Assembly (NCBI GenBank): GCA_000004985.1 | Contig: GG738934.1 | Length of the DNA stretch: 64,000 nucleotides | Direction: 5' to 3' (one strand) | DNA from: Naegleria gruberi | Taxonomy: Eukaryota | Shown: positions 22,011-32,801 of the stretch, in pieces | Numbering within the stretch: the stretch's first letter is position 1 | Layout: the number at the start of each line of letters is the position of its first letter | Notes under the pieces: generated by a model | Databases searched by the model: none | Told to the model about the DNA's origin: nothing | What the model saw: the letters and a program-made list of their open reading frames with translations, nothing else | Translations under genes and position numbers: made by a program

Positions 22011-23498
22011 TTAAAAATTGTTCCTCATTGAAATATTCAATAAATTATTGGCTACGTGATTGGCAATTGCTAGAGATGATGTCAAGCCAGGAGATTCTAT
22101 TCCAATAAGGTTGATGAACTGCTTGGAGAGTGTTGGTGTTTTAGAGTTATTTGGCAGAGCATCAGAAAGAGTTTCAATAATGAAATCTCTGAATTTGTCT
22201 CCAGGTTTTTGTAATTTTGGTCGAATGCCAACATAATCGGCATGTAAATTCTCTAGGGATAAACCTGTCATGTAGTTTGAGATGGATTGGAAGAAAGCTT
22301 GTCCTCTCACATTGTTCACATTATCAATCTTATAATGAGGATATAATCGATAGGACAGTGTATCCATATTTGCATCTCCAACCATTTGTTTGGAATATTG
22401 CTCTGGGAATAAATCCCTAGCTTTACCAATGTAATTACTGTCAGGTCCAAACTTTAAATTTCCATTCAAATCAAGAGTTGAATGAGTTCCAAGACCATGA
22501 ACAAGTCCCTTACTATCTGGGGGAACTGGATAGATTAAATGTTTAATCTGATGAGAAGCTCTATATTTGAAGTAGTGTCCCTTGAAATAATGTAAATGAT
22601 ATTGCTCTGGAAGATTCATACCATTTGTAAAATCTGAATAGGCCAATTCTGCAATTCTTTCAGAATCTAATCCAGCACTATTTACAATATTATCAGCAAT
22701 AACATTCACTCTATCAATTTGACCATGTTGTCCAATACAGCACAATTCCACAAGGAAATTATTATTGTATTGATAAATGTTGTGAACTTTGGTATTGTTA
22801 ATAAATGTTGAATTTTCACTTGATTGAATCATTTCCAACAATCTGGACATTAGAGTGGCCGAGCAAACAATACCAGTGCTCTGAGAATAGAGAGCCACAT
22901 CACTTTTAACATTAGGTTCCTTCTCATTCAATTCTTCCTTTGAAATGAATACTAATTTCTTCATTCTTCCTCTCTCATCATACTTTTCAAAATTTTCATT
23001 ACTTTTCCTCTTCATACTATTCAAATATTCAACATCGTGATCATTACTCGAATTGGCAACAATAAACTTGCCAATATTTCTATAGGGAATATTAAATTCT
23101 TCACAAAAATCATATAATAATGAATTTCCCCTGATGCATAATTTAGTTTTCAAACTCTCTGGTTCATAGTACAATCCTGCATGAATAACTTCACTATTCC
23201 GAGCACTTGTTTCCATGCCAATGAATGAATTTCTCTCCACAACAAGAGTTTGATAATCCGACTTGGAAACACTTGATGATTTGCTGTTGTTGGCTTCTCT
23301 AGATAATCTGGCAGCAATAGCCAATCCAACAACTCCACTTCCAATCACTAGATTTTCAACTCTTATTGTTTCAATGCTATTTGATGGAGAAGAAGAGAAA
23401 GTTGATGATGAAAATGAAAAATTGAATTCTTGTTGATGTTTAAAAGGGAACCGTGAAGACATTCTCTTCACAGACAAAGCACTTCCCAATCTTTTCAT
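22011..23498 (-). CDS. L-2-hydroxyglutarate dehydrogenase (FAD-dependent, DAO family), with a mitochondrial-type presequence and a lineage-specific Asn/Lys-rich insert.
   Basis: FAD fold VENLVIGSGVVGLAIAARL. ..EVIHAGLYYEPESLKTKLCIRGNSLLYDFCEEFNIPYRNIGKFIVA.. aligns with human L2HGDH ..[45 protein letters not shown]... ..LIYPVPPDSKGLVHGLG.. aligns with ..NIYPVPDSRFPFLGVH.. Confidence 0.8.
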   Translation of the reverse strand: MKRLGSALSVKRMSSRFPFKHQQEFNFSFSSSTFSSSPSNSIETIRVENLVIGSGVVGLAIAARLSREANNSKSSSVSKSDYQTLVVERNSFIGMETSARNSEVIHAGLYYEPESLKTKLCIRGNSLLYDFCEEFNIPYRNIGKFIVANSSNDHDVEYLNSMKRKSNENFEKYDERGRMKKLVFISKEELNEKEPNVKSDVALYSQSTGIVCSATLMSRLLEMIQSSENSTFINNTKVHNIYQYNNNFLVELCCIGQHGQIDRVNVIADNIVNSAGLDSERIAELAYSDFTNGMNLPEQYHLHYFKGHYFKYRASHQIKHLIYPVPPDSKGLVHGLGTHSTLDLNGNLKFGPDSNYIGKARDLFPEQYSKQMVGDANMDTLSYRLYPHYKIDNVNNVRGQAFFQSISNYMTGLSLENLHADYVGIRPKLQKPGDKFRDFIIETLSDALPNNSKTPTLSKQFINLIGIESPGLTSSLAIANHVANNLLNISMRNNF

Positions 23499-23630
23499 TT
23501 TTTACTTTCAATTTATGAAATAATAATAATAATTTAATTACTAATATTTGTAATAGAGTTCAATTAATAGAATGCAAAAGTACTGAACTACTATGCATCG
23601 TTTTAATTACAAAAAAAATAGAAACCACCC

Positions 23631-24143
23631 ATGTTCTCCAAAGAACGTATTCAAAAGGAAAAGGAACAAAAGAAATCGTGTCCAAAGGAAGTTACTGCTC
23701 GAGTGCCTGGATATCAACTTCGTATTCAGCAAGAGCTAGAAAATCTGGACAAGGAATGGCTCGATCACTTGGTCATTGCAGATACTAATAAATTGGATAA
23801 GATGACTATTACCATTGTTCCAAGTGAAGGAATATGGAAGAATCATCCACATGAATTTGAATTGATCATTCCTCATGAATATCCTCATAAAGCACCTAAT
23901 ATTATTTGTAAAACTAGAATTTGGCATCCGAATATTGATGAAAATGGTTTGGTGGATTTGAACTTGAGGTATTTATTCAAACCAACGATGGGATTGAAGG
24001 ATTTCTTTGTTGGTGTTCTATTCCTTATGCTTGAGCCCAATCCACTCGATCCACAAAATTATAAGGCTGGAAGGCAGTTTTTAGATGAACCGGAAGGATT
24101 CAAACAAAAGGCAAATAATTACATGAAGGGTATCTACCAGTAG
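23631..24143 (+). CDS. UBC-fold E2 of the UBC12/UBE2M (NEDD8-conjugating) type, with the catalytic Cys replaced by Asp.
   Basis: The N-terminal extension ..QLRIQQELENLDK.. resembles UBE2M ..AQLRIQKDINEL... ..EYPHKAPNIICKTRIWHPNIDENGLVDLNLR.. aligns with UBE2M ..[31 protein letters not shown]... The codon at the Cys position is GAT. ..LEPNPLDP.. matches ..LEPNPEDP... Confidence 0.8.
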   Translation: MFSKERIQKEKEQKKSCPKEVTARVPGYQLRIQQELENLDKEWLDHLVIADTNKLDKMTITIVPSEGIWKNHPHEFELIIPHEYPHKAPNIICKTRIWHPNIDENGLVDLNLRYLFKPTMGLKDFFVGVLFLMLEPNPLDPQNYKAGRQFLDEPEGFKQKANNYMKGIYQ

Positions 24144-24275
24144 TAAAAGAAGATTTCAATTCATTCGAAGAAGAAAATTATAAGCTTGAGTTCATGGCAA
24201 GAATATTGTTATTTTTAAAATATTACAAAATTTTAAAAAGACACAAAAATGATTTCCAGAACAAGCTAGATTGGT

Positions 24276-27200
24276 ATGATAAAAAAAACATTCACATATT
24301 TAATATTCTGTCGTTTAAAAGAAAAAGAAATGATTACAAGAAAGCGTGCCAAAGAAAACGCTGATGATCATCTTATTGTTGATTCATCAACAGATGATGA
24401 TGAGACTGTAAAGAAGAGCACTCGTATTCCGAAAAAGAAGGTAAAAAAGACAACAGAAGAACGAATCAAAGAAGTTGCAGGAGATTCACAAGATAACGAT
24501 GATGAAATGGTGGACGATGAAGTTGGTGAATCTGGTAAAATCAATACGAAACGTTTATTGGATGTCAGAAGTAAAAGGGCAAAGAGATTGGATTTTGTAA
24601 GTTTTATTCTTGTATAATCATATCATCTGAATTACAAATCAATAATTTAGGAACAAGGGTTTTTCTATTTACCAAAATTTGATTGTTACTTACCTAGACC
24701 TGTTCTTCATATGATTATGGGATATATTCCTCCATTTCCATACTTTTTGAATATTAGAAGTATTTCACAACAATGGTTAGATGAATTTGACACTGAACTT
24801 TGTCAAAAAGTAAAGGAGCTAGATTTGATTCAAAGATACGATATTAATGATGAAAAAATCAAATACAAATATCCGTGGTATGATGAGAATACTACCACTA
24901 TTAGAAACAATGACAGTATAAGATTCTTGGCTTTATTATTCCCAAATGTTGAAAAATTAATGGTGCCAGCTATTGGATATTCCAATGTTAGACTTCCACC
25001 CAATGTTTTGAGACTTTTCTCCAAATTACAAACTATGGAGATATTTTACCTTTTACCAATTGCACTTGATCCCACCAAGAATATTGAAAGAAGAGCTGCT
25101 ATTACTTACAAACAAGAAATTACAGATATTCAATCAATTACCAATAATAGATACTTAACGCAATTCAGTTCTATCATTAGAGAGAATGATGATAACTCCA
25201 ACCTAGTAGCAACAAATGTACTTGTTCCAGAAAATGTTGTTTCTTTATTCACCTATCTTGTTGAGAATGAACACTTTTCTCTAAGGAGATTGGATATTCT
25301 CTCACTACCAAAAATTCTCTACAGCAAAGAATTAATTACTTTCATTTTACAACATACTGAAAAACAAGTCAACCAAGGTTATGGCTATCCAGAATTTTAT
25401 TCAGACTCAAATATCATTCACATTACCAATGATGAAGTTCTTGATCATATGGCAGAGAACCAATTTTTCAAAAATGTTCTCTCTCCAAAATTAATCTACC
25501 ATTGGAAATTTATTTCTCATTTATTATCAGAATTATCAAAGGTAAAAACATGTAAAATTCTATTTGAACAGTCAGAGTTACCACTTGTATTTGATGGTGA
25601 AATTAATCCACTACTATGGATTATTAAGAATAATAACTCATCCCAACTGCCAGATATCATTGAATTCTTATTTACTTTGAATCCATCTCTTGTTACATTA
25701 GGTGATGCGAATGGTGTTGTGAATGGGGATGAAAAGAATATGAATATTCTGCACTTGTATATTACAACTTGTAAAACTATTGAGGAGAGAGTTGTTTCTT
25801 CACTGATCAATATTGGTTGTAATATCAAGTATGTTTGTCCAACAACAGGAAATAACTTGATTCATATTCATCCATGCTCTCCATGTATGTTTCTTTACTT
25901 ATTTTTAATAACCATTCCAACTCTTAATAGCTCTTATTAATGCATTACCTGTAGAATTTATTCAAATGAAAAACAACAAGTGCTATGATCCTCTTGCTCG
26001 TTTTGTCAAACGAATCGAAATACAGCATAATGTCAATAATACTGATCTACTAATCACACTATAGATGCCTTTGCAAAAGCCTACCAAAAATTTGGTTTAT
26101 CCATTAATGATGTAAAATTTGAAAAAAATTGGAACTTATTGCACAAGTTAATCAATTTAACCAAAGCTAGTGGCATTGCTTGCCTGTTAATTACACACGG
26201 AGTGGATGCCAATTTAGTTGATGAAGATGGTAATCTTCCCCTTATTTATTTTTTAAAAGAAAAAATTCATTCTGATGAAGATTTCATAGCCTTAATGAAT
26301 TCAATTTCAGAAGAAACGTTGACAAAGCGTTACAATTCCAAATCATTACTTGCTATTGTTATTGAAATGTTTGATCCAACAAGTTTGACTGCATTTTTTA
26401 GGGATGAACTTGATTCATCATATGCAATTCTACAACTTATTGCAAATCTTCTTTCAAGAGGATGTAAATTGAATGAAGCGCTCTCAGAGCTATCAACAAC
26501 ACTTTATGAAAAAGATAATCTCGATTTCAACAAGTCAATTTTCTTGATGAAATTGATTTTTTCCATGACAAATCAAACAGAAGTTGTGGAAAAGATCTTA
26601 AAGTATTTGGAAAATCTTGAGGAGGCTCTCATCAAACCACAAACCTTTTCAAATTGCAAAATTTCACCTCTAATGTTTTTGCTTTTTTTATGGGGAGATA
26701 GCTATAAAAAAGCTGAATTTTACAGAGCCTTCTACTCTGATAAGCCACTGTTCTCTCCAAAGTTACTGGAGAATATTATTGACATACCTAATAAGAAAAT
26801 TGATTCATTATTTTTTGCAATCGCCACATCTGGCGCTAGACAAATAAGTTGGGAATATTTGGAAGGAATTTTAGGGTTTGAACATGAAAAAAGTGGATGG
26901 AGCAATACAACAAGCAAGCATTCCGATTTCTTAAGATATTTTGAAAAGTACAGATATCATGATGAAGCATTTGGACCTATCAATATAATTCAAATTGCAA
27001 AATTAATGGCATCAGATGCAGTACTAGGTCAAATACTTTACCTCGACAACTCTAATCAAGTATTAAATGCGCTTGGAAATGAGACTTTCCAAAATAGTGA
27101 ATCAATTTTAGAACAAATTGCAAAGAGTAGATCATTGAATATTGGAAACTTGTTTATTGACCGTTTTAATAATCCAAATACGGTAGAATGGACACCCAAA

Positions 27201-28139
27201 CACTTCAGAGCAGCATTTGAACATGACAATTTTCATACTTGTTATGAAATCATCAGTTGTGATAAGTACAAACATGATTTCACAAATGAAGAGATAGTAC
27301 AAATATTGATTGGATCGAAATGTAGTGATCAAGTAGGGTTGTTACAAACCAAAATTAACGGATTGACTTTTAAGGAAAAGTTCAAGCTTTTTAGTACACG
27401 TTTCAATATCATTTTTACAAAAAATCACAACATTCACAATGTTCCTTGGAAAAAAACACAATCATGGGGATATTATTTAAATCAATTAATAGAAAGGGCA
27501 AATAATTTACCTTTAATAGATCGAGACACAGAAGAACTAAATCTAAGTTTATTGGATGTTTGTTTAATTGATGGTTTAATGTTCCCATATCTTTATGCTA
27601 TCCTTGATAGTGCAGCAGGAAGAAAGAGGAAGAAAATTACAATAGATTCAAAATTAAGCCAAGACCTATTAATCAATTGGTTGACTTCCAAAAACACAGA
27701 AGGAAGAACTGTTCTTCATATGATATGCCAAAATTGTAATTCTGAAAATTATGATACCAAATCTGATATGCTCAACGATTTAATCAAGTACATTTCCTCT
27801 CACAACAGAAACGATATTTTCAACTTGCAAGACAATGAAGGCAAAACTCCACTCTTTCATGCTGTAGAATCTGGCAATTTTATTGAAACATTTTTGACAG
27901 TTTCTGATATTTCCATACAGAATAATAAGGGAGAGAAGATTCAAGATATCCTAAATGAAGAACAGAAGGTATTATTTGCTCCTTATTTGCAAGTTAAAAA
28001 ACCAACCACAACCTCAAAATCTTCCAATAGAAGAAAGAAAAACCAAAGTGAGGATGAAAACAGAGCAAGTAGTAGTGAGGATGAAGGTAAATCCAAGAAG
28101 AAAACCGCAACCAGAACAGCAAGAAGGAAGAGAAAATAA
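24276..28139 (+). CDS. Large ankyrin-repeat protein with an acidic N-terminal region and a basic Lys/Arg-rich C-terminal tail. Three exons: 24276..24596, 24651..25875, 26064..28139.
   Basis: Intron 1 is 24597..24650 (GTAAGT..TTTAG, phase 0). Intron 2 is 25876..26063 (GTATGT..TATAG, phase 1), which joins ..IHIHPCSP to (Y)AFAKAYQKF..NWNLLHKLINL in frame. ANK-like blocks include GNNLIHIH.., WNLLHKLINLTKASGIACLLITHGVDANLVDEDGNLPLIYFL and GRTVLHMICQNCNSE..GKTPLFHAVESGN. The open frame upstream of the 26139 ATG supports a single gene. Confidence 0.7.
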
Positions 28140-28499
28140 TCAAAATCTGTTAGTTTCTGTAAATTAACAATTAAATATTTAATTTCAATAATTTATTAAA
28201 TAAAAATGTCCGAGTCCTTCTTCTTGATTCAATGCTGAATAATAATGTTCATATCGCACTCAATGGTGTTTTGCTTTCATCTCTTTGGCATATAATAATT
28301 GAATGATGGATGTTGAGAGTTTGCATCTCTTATCGCATTCGGCTGACCATATTAATTTAATAATCAATCCGTCATCACTAATTGGCATACATAAAACTTG
28401 CAATGTGTCATGTTGTAGCAACAGTTGTAGCTATTATCATTGGTTTATTACATCAACTAGTGTTACAATCAAAGGAAAAAACATCATCATCAATACATC

Positions 28500-31322
28500 T
28501 TGAATTTTAATAAGCAATTTAATAAGCAAGAGAAGAAGAAGATGAATCCTAACAAGCCTAAACCTCCTCCACTCACCATCATTACTAAAAATCATCAGAC
28601 GAACAATTGTACCTCCACAACAACAACAATATCCTTCTCTTCCACCACTAATGGAGCAGCAAGAATTGGTATGAGTAATGATAGTGGAAGTCCTCTACAA
28701 AGAGTGACAGCAAGTTCGGGAGAATATCAACGTTCGGGAAGTACAACTGAGAGACCATTATTTGTGAGGAATAATTCATCCCCTCAAGTTGTTACATCAT
28801 TTGGTTTTGGTAGTCCACCAGGAAGTCCATCATCAACCTCAAATTCCAGTAGAAAGAACAGTCATACAGCCATTCATCCATTTCAGCACCAGAATAGTGA
28901 TAATAGAACTAGTATTAATAGAGATTTAATGTTACCTTTTGATTTTTGTAAGAAGGAAGATGAAACATCGAAATGGATGAAGTTTTACTTGTGTTGTTTG
29001 AGTTTGAGAGTGAAAACCATGTCTGTACTAATGTTGACATTTCTAATGATTATGGCCATGTGTTTGATTGGATTAGTCATTTCCTTTGATGTTTCATTTG
29101 ATAGTGTTGAAAAGAAAGAAGCATTAGATTCATCTAGAAAGACTGCCAAAGCTCTCTTTGATGATTTTAAATTCATTTCAGAGAAGGTCTATGATTTTGC
29201 CTCTTGGGATGATTCGTATTCTATTATGAAGACTGAAAATACGACAATTGCCGACAAGATGTTGGATCTCTATTTTTCTTGTGCCTATATGAAAAGAGCT
29301 GGTATTAATTTTTCAATCATGTACTATCCAAATGGTACCTTTTTTAATGGAAGAGCTTGTTTCGACATGTGGAAAATACCTGAATTTCCAGATGAATTGA
29401 AAGCTTTAAGTACAAGCTTTTTTCAAACAGACGACAATTACAATGGTAAGATTGTCACTTCTTCTGCCTTCCAAGCAGTATTTACTCCAAGAAGGAATTT
29501 GGCTCAATTATTTAGTTCTAATTCTCAAGTACCTGCTAATAGTTTTGTAAATGCAACAAATATCATCTTGGCAGTTGCCCTACCAATACAACCAAACAAT
29601 AATTCTGATCAGAATGGTGTATTTCTCTACGGAAGATACATGACACAGTCACTCAGTGATGATATCTCTGTCAGAACTCAATACTGTACCACTTTTTTTG
29701 ATCTCACCAATAATGAGGATTTAAATCTACTAGAAGATGACTTTAAAAATTTTCAAGGTCAACTCAATAACAAGTCAGCAACCAAAGTGAGTATCAAGTA
29801 TCAGAGTTGGGCTGACGACGAGCCATTCTATTACTCGTACAATATGAAATACTCTTCCAGCAAGAGGAGAAGTTGTGCTGAAACCTACACTAAAGAATAT
29901 TACACTTCAAGAATGGCAACTTATCAATTATATTCTGATTACAATAATTCAAATAGTATTGTCATTAGAACTGATTTTAATAGAGAGATTTATCAAGTTG
30001 GTTGGACATCATTTATGTATACTTGTTTTGTTTTGATAGCTATTGTTTTTACACTCCTTATTGCAGTCATGATCTTTGTAGAATGTGTTGTTTTGAGAAG
30101 AATTTTGAAAATTGGATCTACCGTAAAAAGCATTACCAAAACTAATGATATTTCCAAGAGAGTTCCCAATTCAGGATTTGATGAATTGGGACGTTTATGT
30201 AAGGATATTAACCACATGTTGATGGCATTGGAAGAGTCACAAATTAAACTTGCTAAAGACAACCAAATAATGCAACAATTGCTGGAAAAAACAGCCCTCG
30301 AAGAACAAAAATCCAGATGTGTTATGAATAGTATCTCAGACTTTATTGTCACTGTAGAGTGTGATACTGGGCTTTTAGTCAACATCAATACAGCATTTGA
30401 AAACAAGCTTTTAAAAAAGAATTCCTTTGCTAGATCCAACTCGGCGAGCCACTTAACTTATGCACCTACTCAATCCTCCTCTCCTAATTCTCCAAATTCA
30501 CCAAATTCACCAGGAGATCCTCCTCTAATAAGAAGATCAACAGTTTCACCACCAACACCAAACTCTAAGAATATTTTTGAAACTCACAATATTATGGAGT
30601 ATATTAAGGATTTTGAATCATATGACGAGTTGAAAGAATTGTTAGAATCACTCTCTAAAAATAACAATGGTTCCTTGCATCATGAAACATACATTCAGAA
30701 TGATTTCTCTATCAAATATCATGTGAGCGTTAGTGTCACCAAAGTGAAAATGACCATCAGAGAAGGTTTAATTGGAGATGCCTACATTGTTCTTTTGAGA
30801 AATATGGTTGAGCAAAAGGAATTGAAGAATATTCTTACAAAACAACAAGAAAAACTCGAAGAAATGAAGAAAATTTCAGAATTTAACAGAATTTTCAAAG
30901 ATCCTCATTGGAGAGAATTGTTCAAAGTATTTGCAGCTAGTGAACTTTCAGCTGAGAATGTTCACTTTTTGGAAGATATTGAAACTTACAAGTCGCTCTC
31001 AAAAACAAGAGACAGAGCAGCACTCTTGGAAGAAATGGTCAACAAGTATTTACTACCTGAATCACCTTATCCTTTAAATGTTTCCAAAAAGACAGTTGAG
31101 ACTGAAATTAAAAAGATCACCTCGGGTTACGGACAGCTAGACTTATTTGATAAGATTGAATCAATTATTAAGCTAATGGTTGTGAATGACACATTCTCCA
31201 GATTTCTTTCCAGTAAGATCTTTAGAGATTCTTCTGCCAATGATCTTTCAAGAACTTCCTCTTCTCTTACTAATGGCCAAATAGATGCAATTTCAGAAAC
31301 CCAAGTCAGTTTGGATGTGTAA
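28500..31322 (+). CDS. Receptor-like RGS protein: TM1, extracytoplasmic sensor region, TM2, HAMP, PAS, C-terminal RGS domain.
   Basis: TM1 MSVLMLTFLMIMAMCLIGLVISF and TM2 FMYTCFVLIAIVFTLLIAVMIFVECVVL flank a ~270-aa N-glycosylation-rich loop. HAMP: RRILKIGSTVKSITKTNDISKRVPNSGFDELGRLCKDINHMLMALEE. PAS-like: RCVMNSISDFIVTVECDTGLLVNINTAFE... RGS: ..WRELFKVFAASELSAENVHFLEDIETYKSL..DTFSRFLSSKIF. Poly-Pro/Ser and SPNSPNSPNSP low-complexity tracts. Confidence 0.8.
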   Translation: MNFNKQFNKQEKKKMNPNKPKPPPLTIITKNHQTNNCTSTTTTISFSSTTNGAARIGMSNDSGSPLQRVTASSGEYQRSGSTTERPLFVRNNSSPQVVTSFGFGSPPGSPSSTSNSSRKNSHTAIHPFQHQNSDNRTSINRDLMLPFDFCKKEDETSKWMKFYLCCLSLRVKTMSVLMLTFLMIMAMCLIGLVISFDVSFDSVEKKEALDSSRKTAKALFDDFKFISEKVYDFASWDDSYSIMKTENTTIADKMLDLYFSCAYMKRAGINFSIMYYPNGTFFNGRACFDMWKIPEFPDELKALSTSFFQTDDNYNGKIVTSSAFQAVFTPRRNLAQLFSSNSQVPANSFVNATNIILAVALPIQPNNNSDQNGVFLYGRYMTQSLSDDISVRTQYCTTFFDLTNNEDLNLLEDDFKNFQGQLNNKSATKVSIKYQSWADDEPFYYSYNMKYSSSKRRSCAETYTKEYYTSRMATYQLYSDYNNSNSIVIRTDFNREIYQVGWTSFMYTCFVLIAIVFTLLIAVMIFVECVVLRRILKIGSTVKSITKTNDISKRVPNSGFDELGRLCKDINHMLMALEESQIKLAKDNQIMQQLLEKTALEEQKSRCVMNSISDFIVTVECDTGLLVNINTAFENKLLKKNSFARSNSASHLTYAPTQSSSPNSPNSPNSPGDPPLIRRSTVSPPTPNSKNIFETHNIMEYIKDFESYDELKELLESLSKNNNGSLHHETYIQNDFSIKYHVSVSVTKVKMTIREGLIGDAYIVLLRNMVEQKELKNILTKQQEKLEEMKKISEFNRIFKDPHWRELFKVFAASELSAENVHFLEDIETYKSLSKTRDRAALLEEMVNKYLLPESPYPLNVSKKTVETEIKKITSGYGQLDLFDKIESIIKLMVVNDTFSRFLSSKIFRDSSANDLSRTSSSLTNGQIDAISETQVSLDV

Positions 31323-31377
31323 ATCTCTAAAATGCACTTTTGAATTTAACTAACAAGCAATGATAATAATCTTCAAT

Positions 31378-31487
31378 GACGGTGTAGCTCAGTGGTAGAG
31401 CAATGATTCAAAAATGATTTCTGTTCAGAGATCTAACTGCAACCAACCAAACTTCGTTGGTCGAGGGTTCGACCCCCTCCATCGTCA
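31378..31487 (+). tRNA. Intron-containing tRNA gene (~40-nt intervening sequence 3' of anticodon-loop position 37). Read conventionally the anticodon is CAA, but the body is class I (short variable loop), so the isotype is unresolved. Possibly a pseudogene.
   Basis: GACGGTG TA GCTC AGTGGTA GAGC AATGA TTCAAA [AATGATTTCTGTTCAGAGATCTAACTGCAACCAACCAAAC] T TCGTT GGTC GAGGG TTCGACC CCCTC CATCGTC A. The acceptor stem is 7 bp with one G-U. D arm, T arm (TTCGACC loop) and C61 are canonical. The anticodon stem AATGA/TCGTT forms only after removing the 40-nt insert. Position 26 appears to be missing. AATGATT is tandemly repeated at the exon/intron junction. Confidence 0.5.
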
Positions 31488-31789
31488 GACACCTTTTTTT
31501 CGTATTGGCGAGCTAATAAAAACGAAAATTACAGGAAAACACCAAGATTAAATAGGAATGTCAAACATCTTTTAAGTTACAATTTTGAATCAATTTGGAA
31601 TGTTACTTTAATCTTTTCCTAAAATCCTCCTTTGATATCCTTTCCTGTTGTGTGTTGATACATTTATGAACCCATTTGAGATATTTGTTTGTCGTGTCCT
31701 GCCGAGAATCTTTACACCAACACAGTTTACCAATCAATTTAACACTCATTCCAAAATGGAAGCTTGCAAATAATTATTAGTAAAAAAAA

Positions 31790-32332
31790 ATGATAGCAAA
31801 ATCCATTTTACAAACACTCACACGATTGCATTCTCTCTCCACTGTCGAGAATTTACTTTACATTCTCAACATTTCATTCCTTGCAACTCATGAACTGGAT
31901 GCAGTTGACAAGAAAGAATGGAGATTACTATTTCTATTGAAAGATATGCAAGAAAATGATGCCAAAAACTGGTTTATTGGACTACACCTTCCATTGATGG
32001 GATTATTATTACTCCTAACCAATCGTTTCACTGACAAGAGCCTCCTCACTTCCAATTTTAATCAATTACCAAGAATGAACTCAACTCAAATCCTCAATAA
32101 TTCTCAACAATTCCAAAGATCATTCAAAATGTACAGACCACTCATTGGACGTTCCTTATTATCCACATTCTTAATTGGCCATTCCTTCGTTCACTACACC
32201 TTCACAAACGATCCAAAGAATGAATTTCACTCCACTCTCTCAAAAAGTTATATTTATGGTGGAGGTGTTTGTGGAGTTTTGCATTTGGTGAGTGTTGGAG
32301 CTTTGTTGGTGAGAAAGAGATGGCATGTTTGA
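31790..32332 (+). CDS. Hypothetical 180-aa protein with hydrophobic segments. Unknown function.
   Basis: Uninterrupted ORF with AT-rich flanks. Hydrophobic stretches HLPLMGLLLLLTN and GGGVCGVLHLVSVGALLV. No family recognised. Confidence 0.45.
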   Translation: MIAKSILQTLTRLHSLSTVENLLYILNISFLATHELDAVDKKEWRLLFLLKDMQENDAKNWFIGLHLPLMGLLLLLTNRFTDKSLLTSNFNQLPRMNSTQILNNSQQFQRSFKMYRPLIGRSLLSTFLIGHSFVHYTFTNDPKNEFHSTLSKSYIYGGGVCGVLHLVSVGALLVRKRWHV

Positions 32333-32801
32333 TTCATCAATATTGATGTGGGAATTGTTTAAATAGTTAATTAGTTATGATAATAAAGAACATTTGGTGA
32401 ATGGAATGTGGACGAATTCGTATTATCATATGATTAAGGTTTAAATGTAATTGAAGCTATGTGCTGTTGGTGTTCAATTTTCAAAGCCATTGAAAGCTGA
32501 GAATGGTATCTGTATCTTGTGTTATCTAGATGATGATCTTCTCTTTAGAATTGTTTAATCTTGCCTTTCTAATAGTATCGAAAGTTATCTTCACAACAGC
32601 TACTATTATCCACACTCTTTAGCCATCATCACTGTCTCTTGTACGAGGAGTTTACGGATTTTTTTTATTGTAAAGATTCTCAAAGGATCCTCAAACATAT
32701 TTTTTGCATCCATCAAAAAGAATCTAAACACTACTACTGCAAGCGACCCACATCACAACTTTCACACTTACAAAAAAAAACAACAACAGAAAGAAAACAC
32801 A

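Noticed and set aside
24598-26138. Treating 24276..25940 and 26139..28139 as separate genes with a terminal exon ending at the TAG at 26061
   Set aside because: A single canonical intron (GTATGT at 25876 to TATAG at 26063, phase 1) joins them in frame. The frame is open with ankyrin-like sequence upstream of the 26139 ATG. The three-exon single-gene model is preferred.
28303-28503. 66-aa ORF immediately upstream of the HAMP-RGS receptor gene
   Set aside because: It is Cys/Ser-rich, has no motif, and ends at the receptor's ATG. It is more likely 5' UTR or a uORF than a gene.
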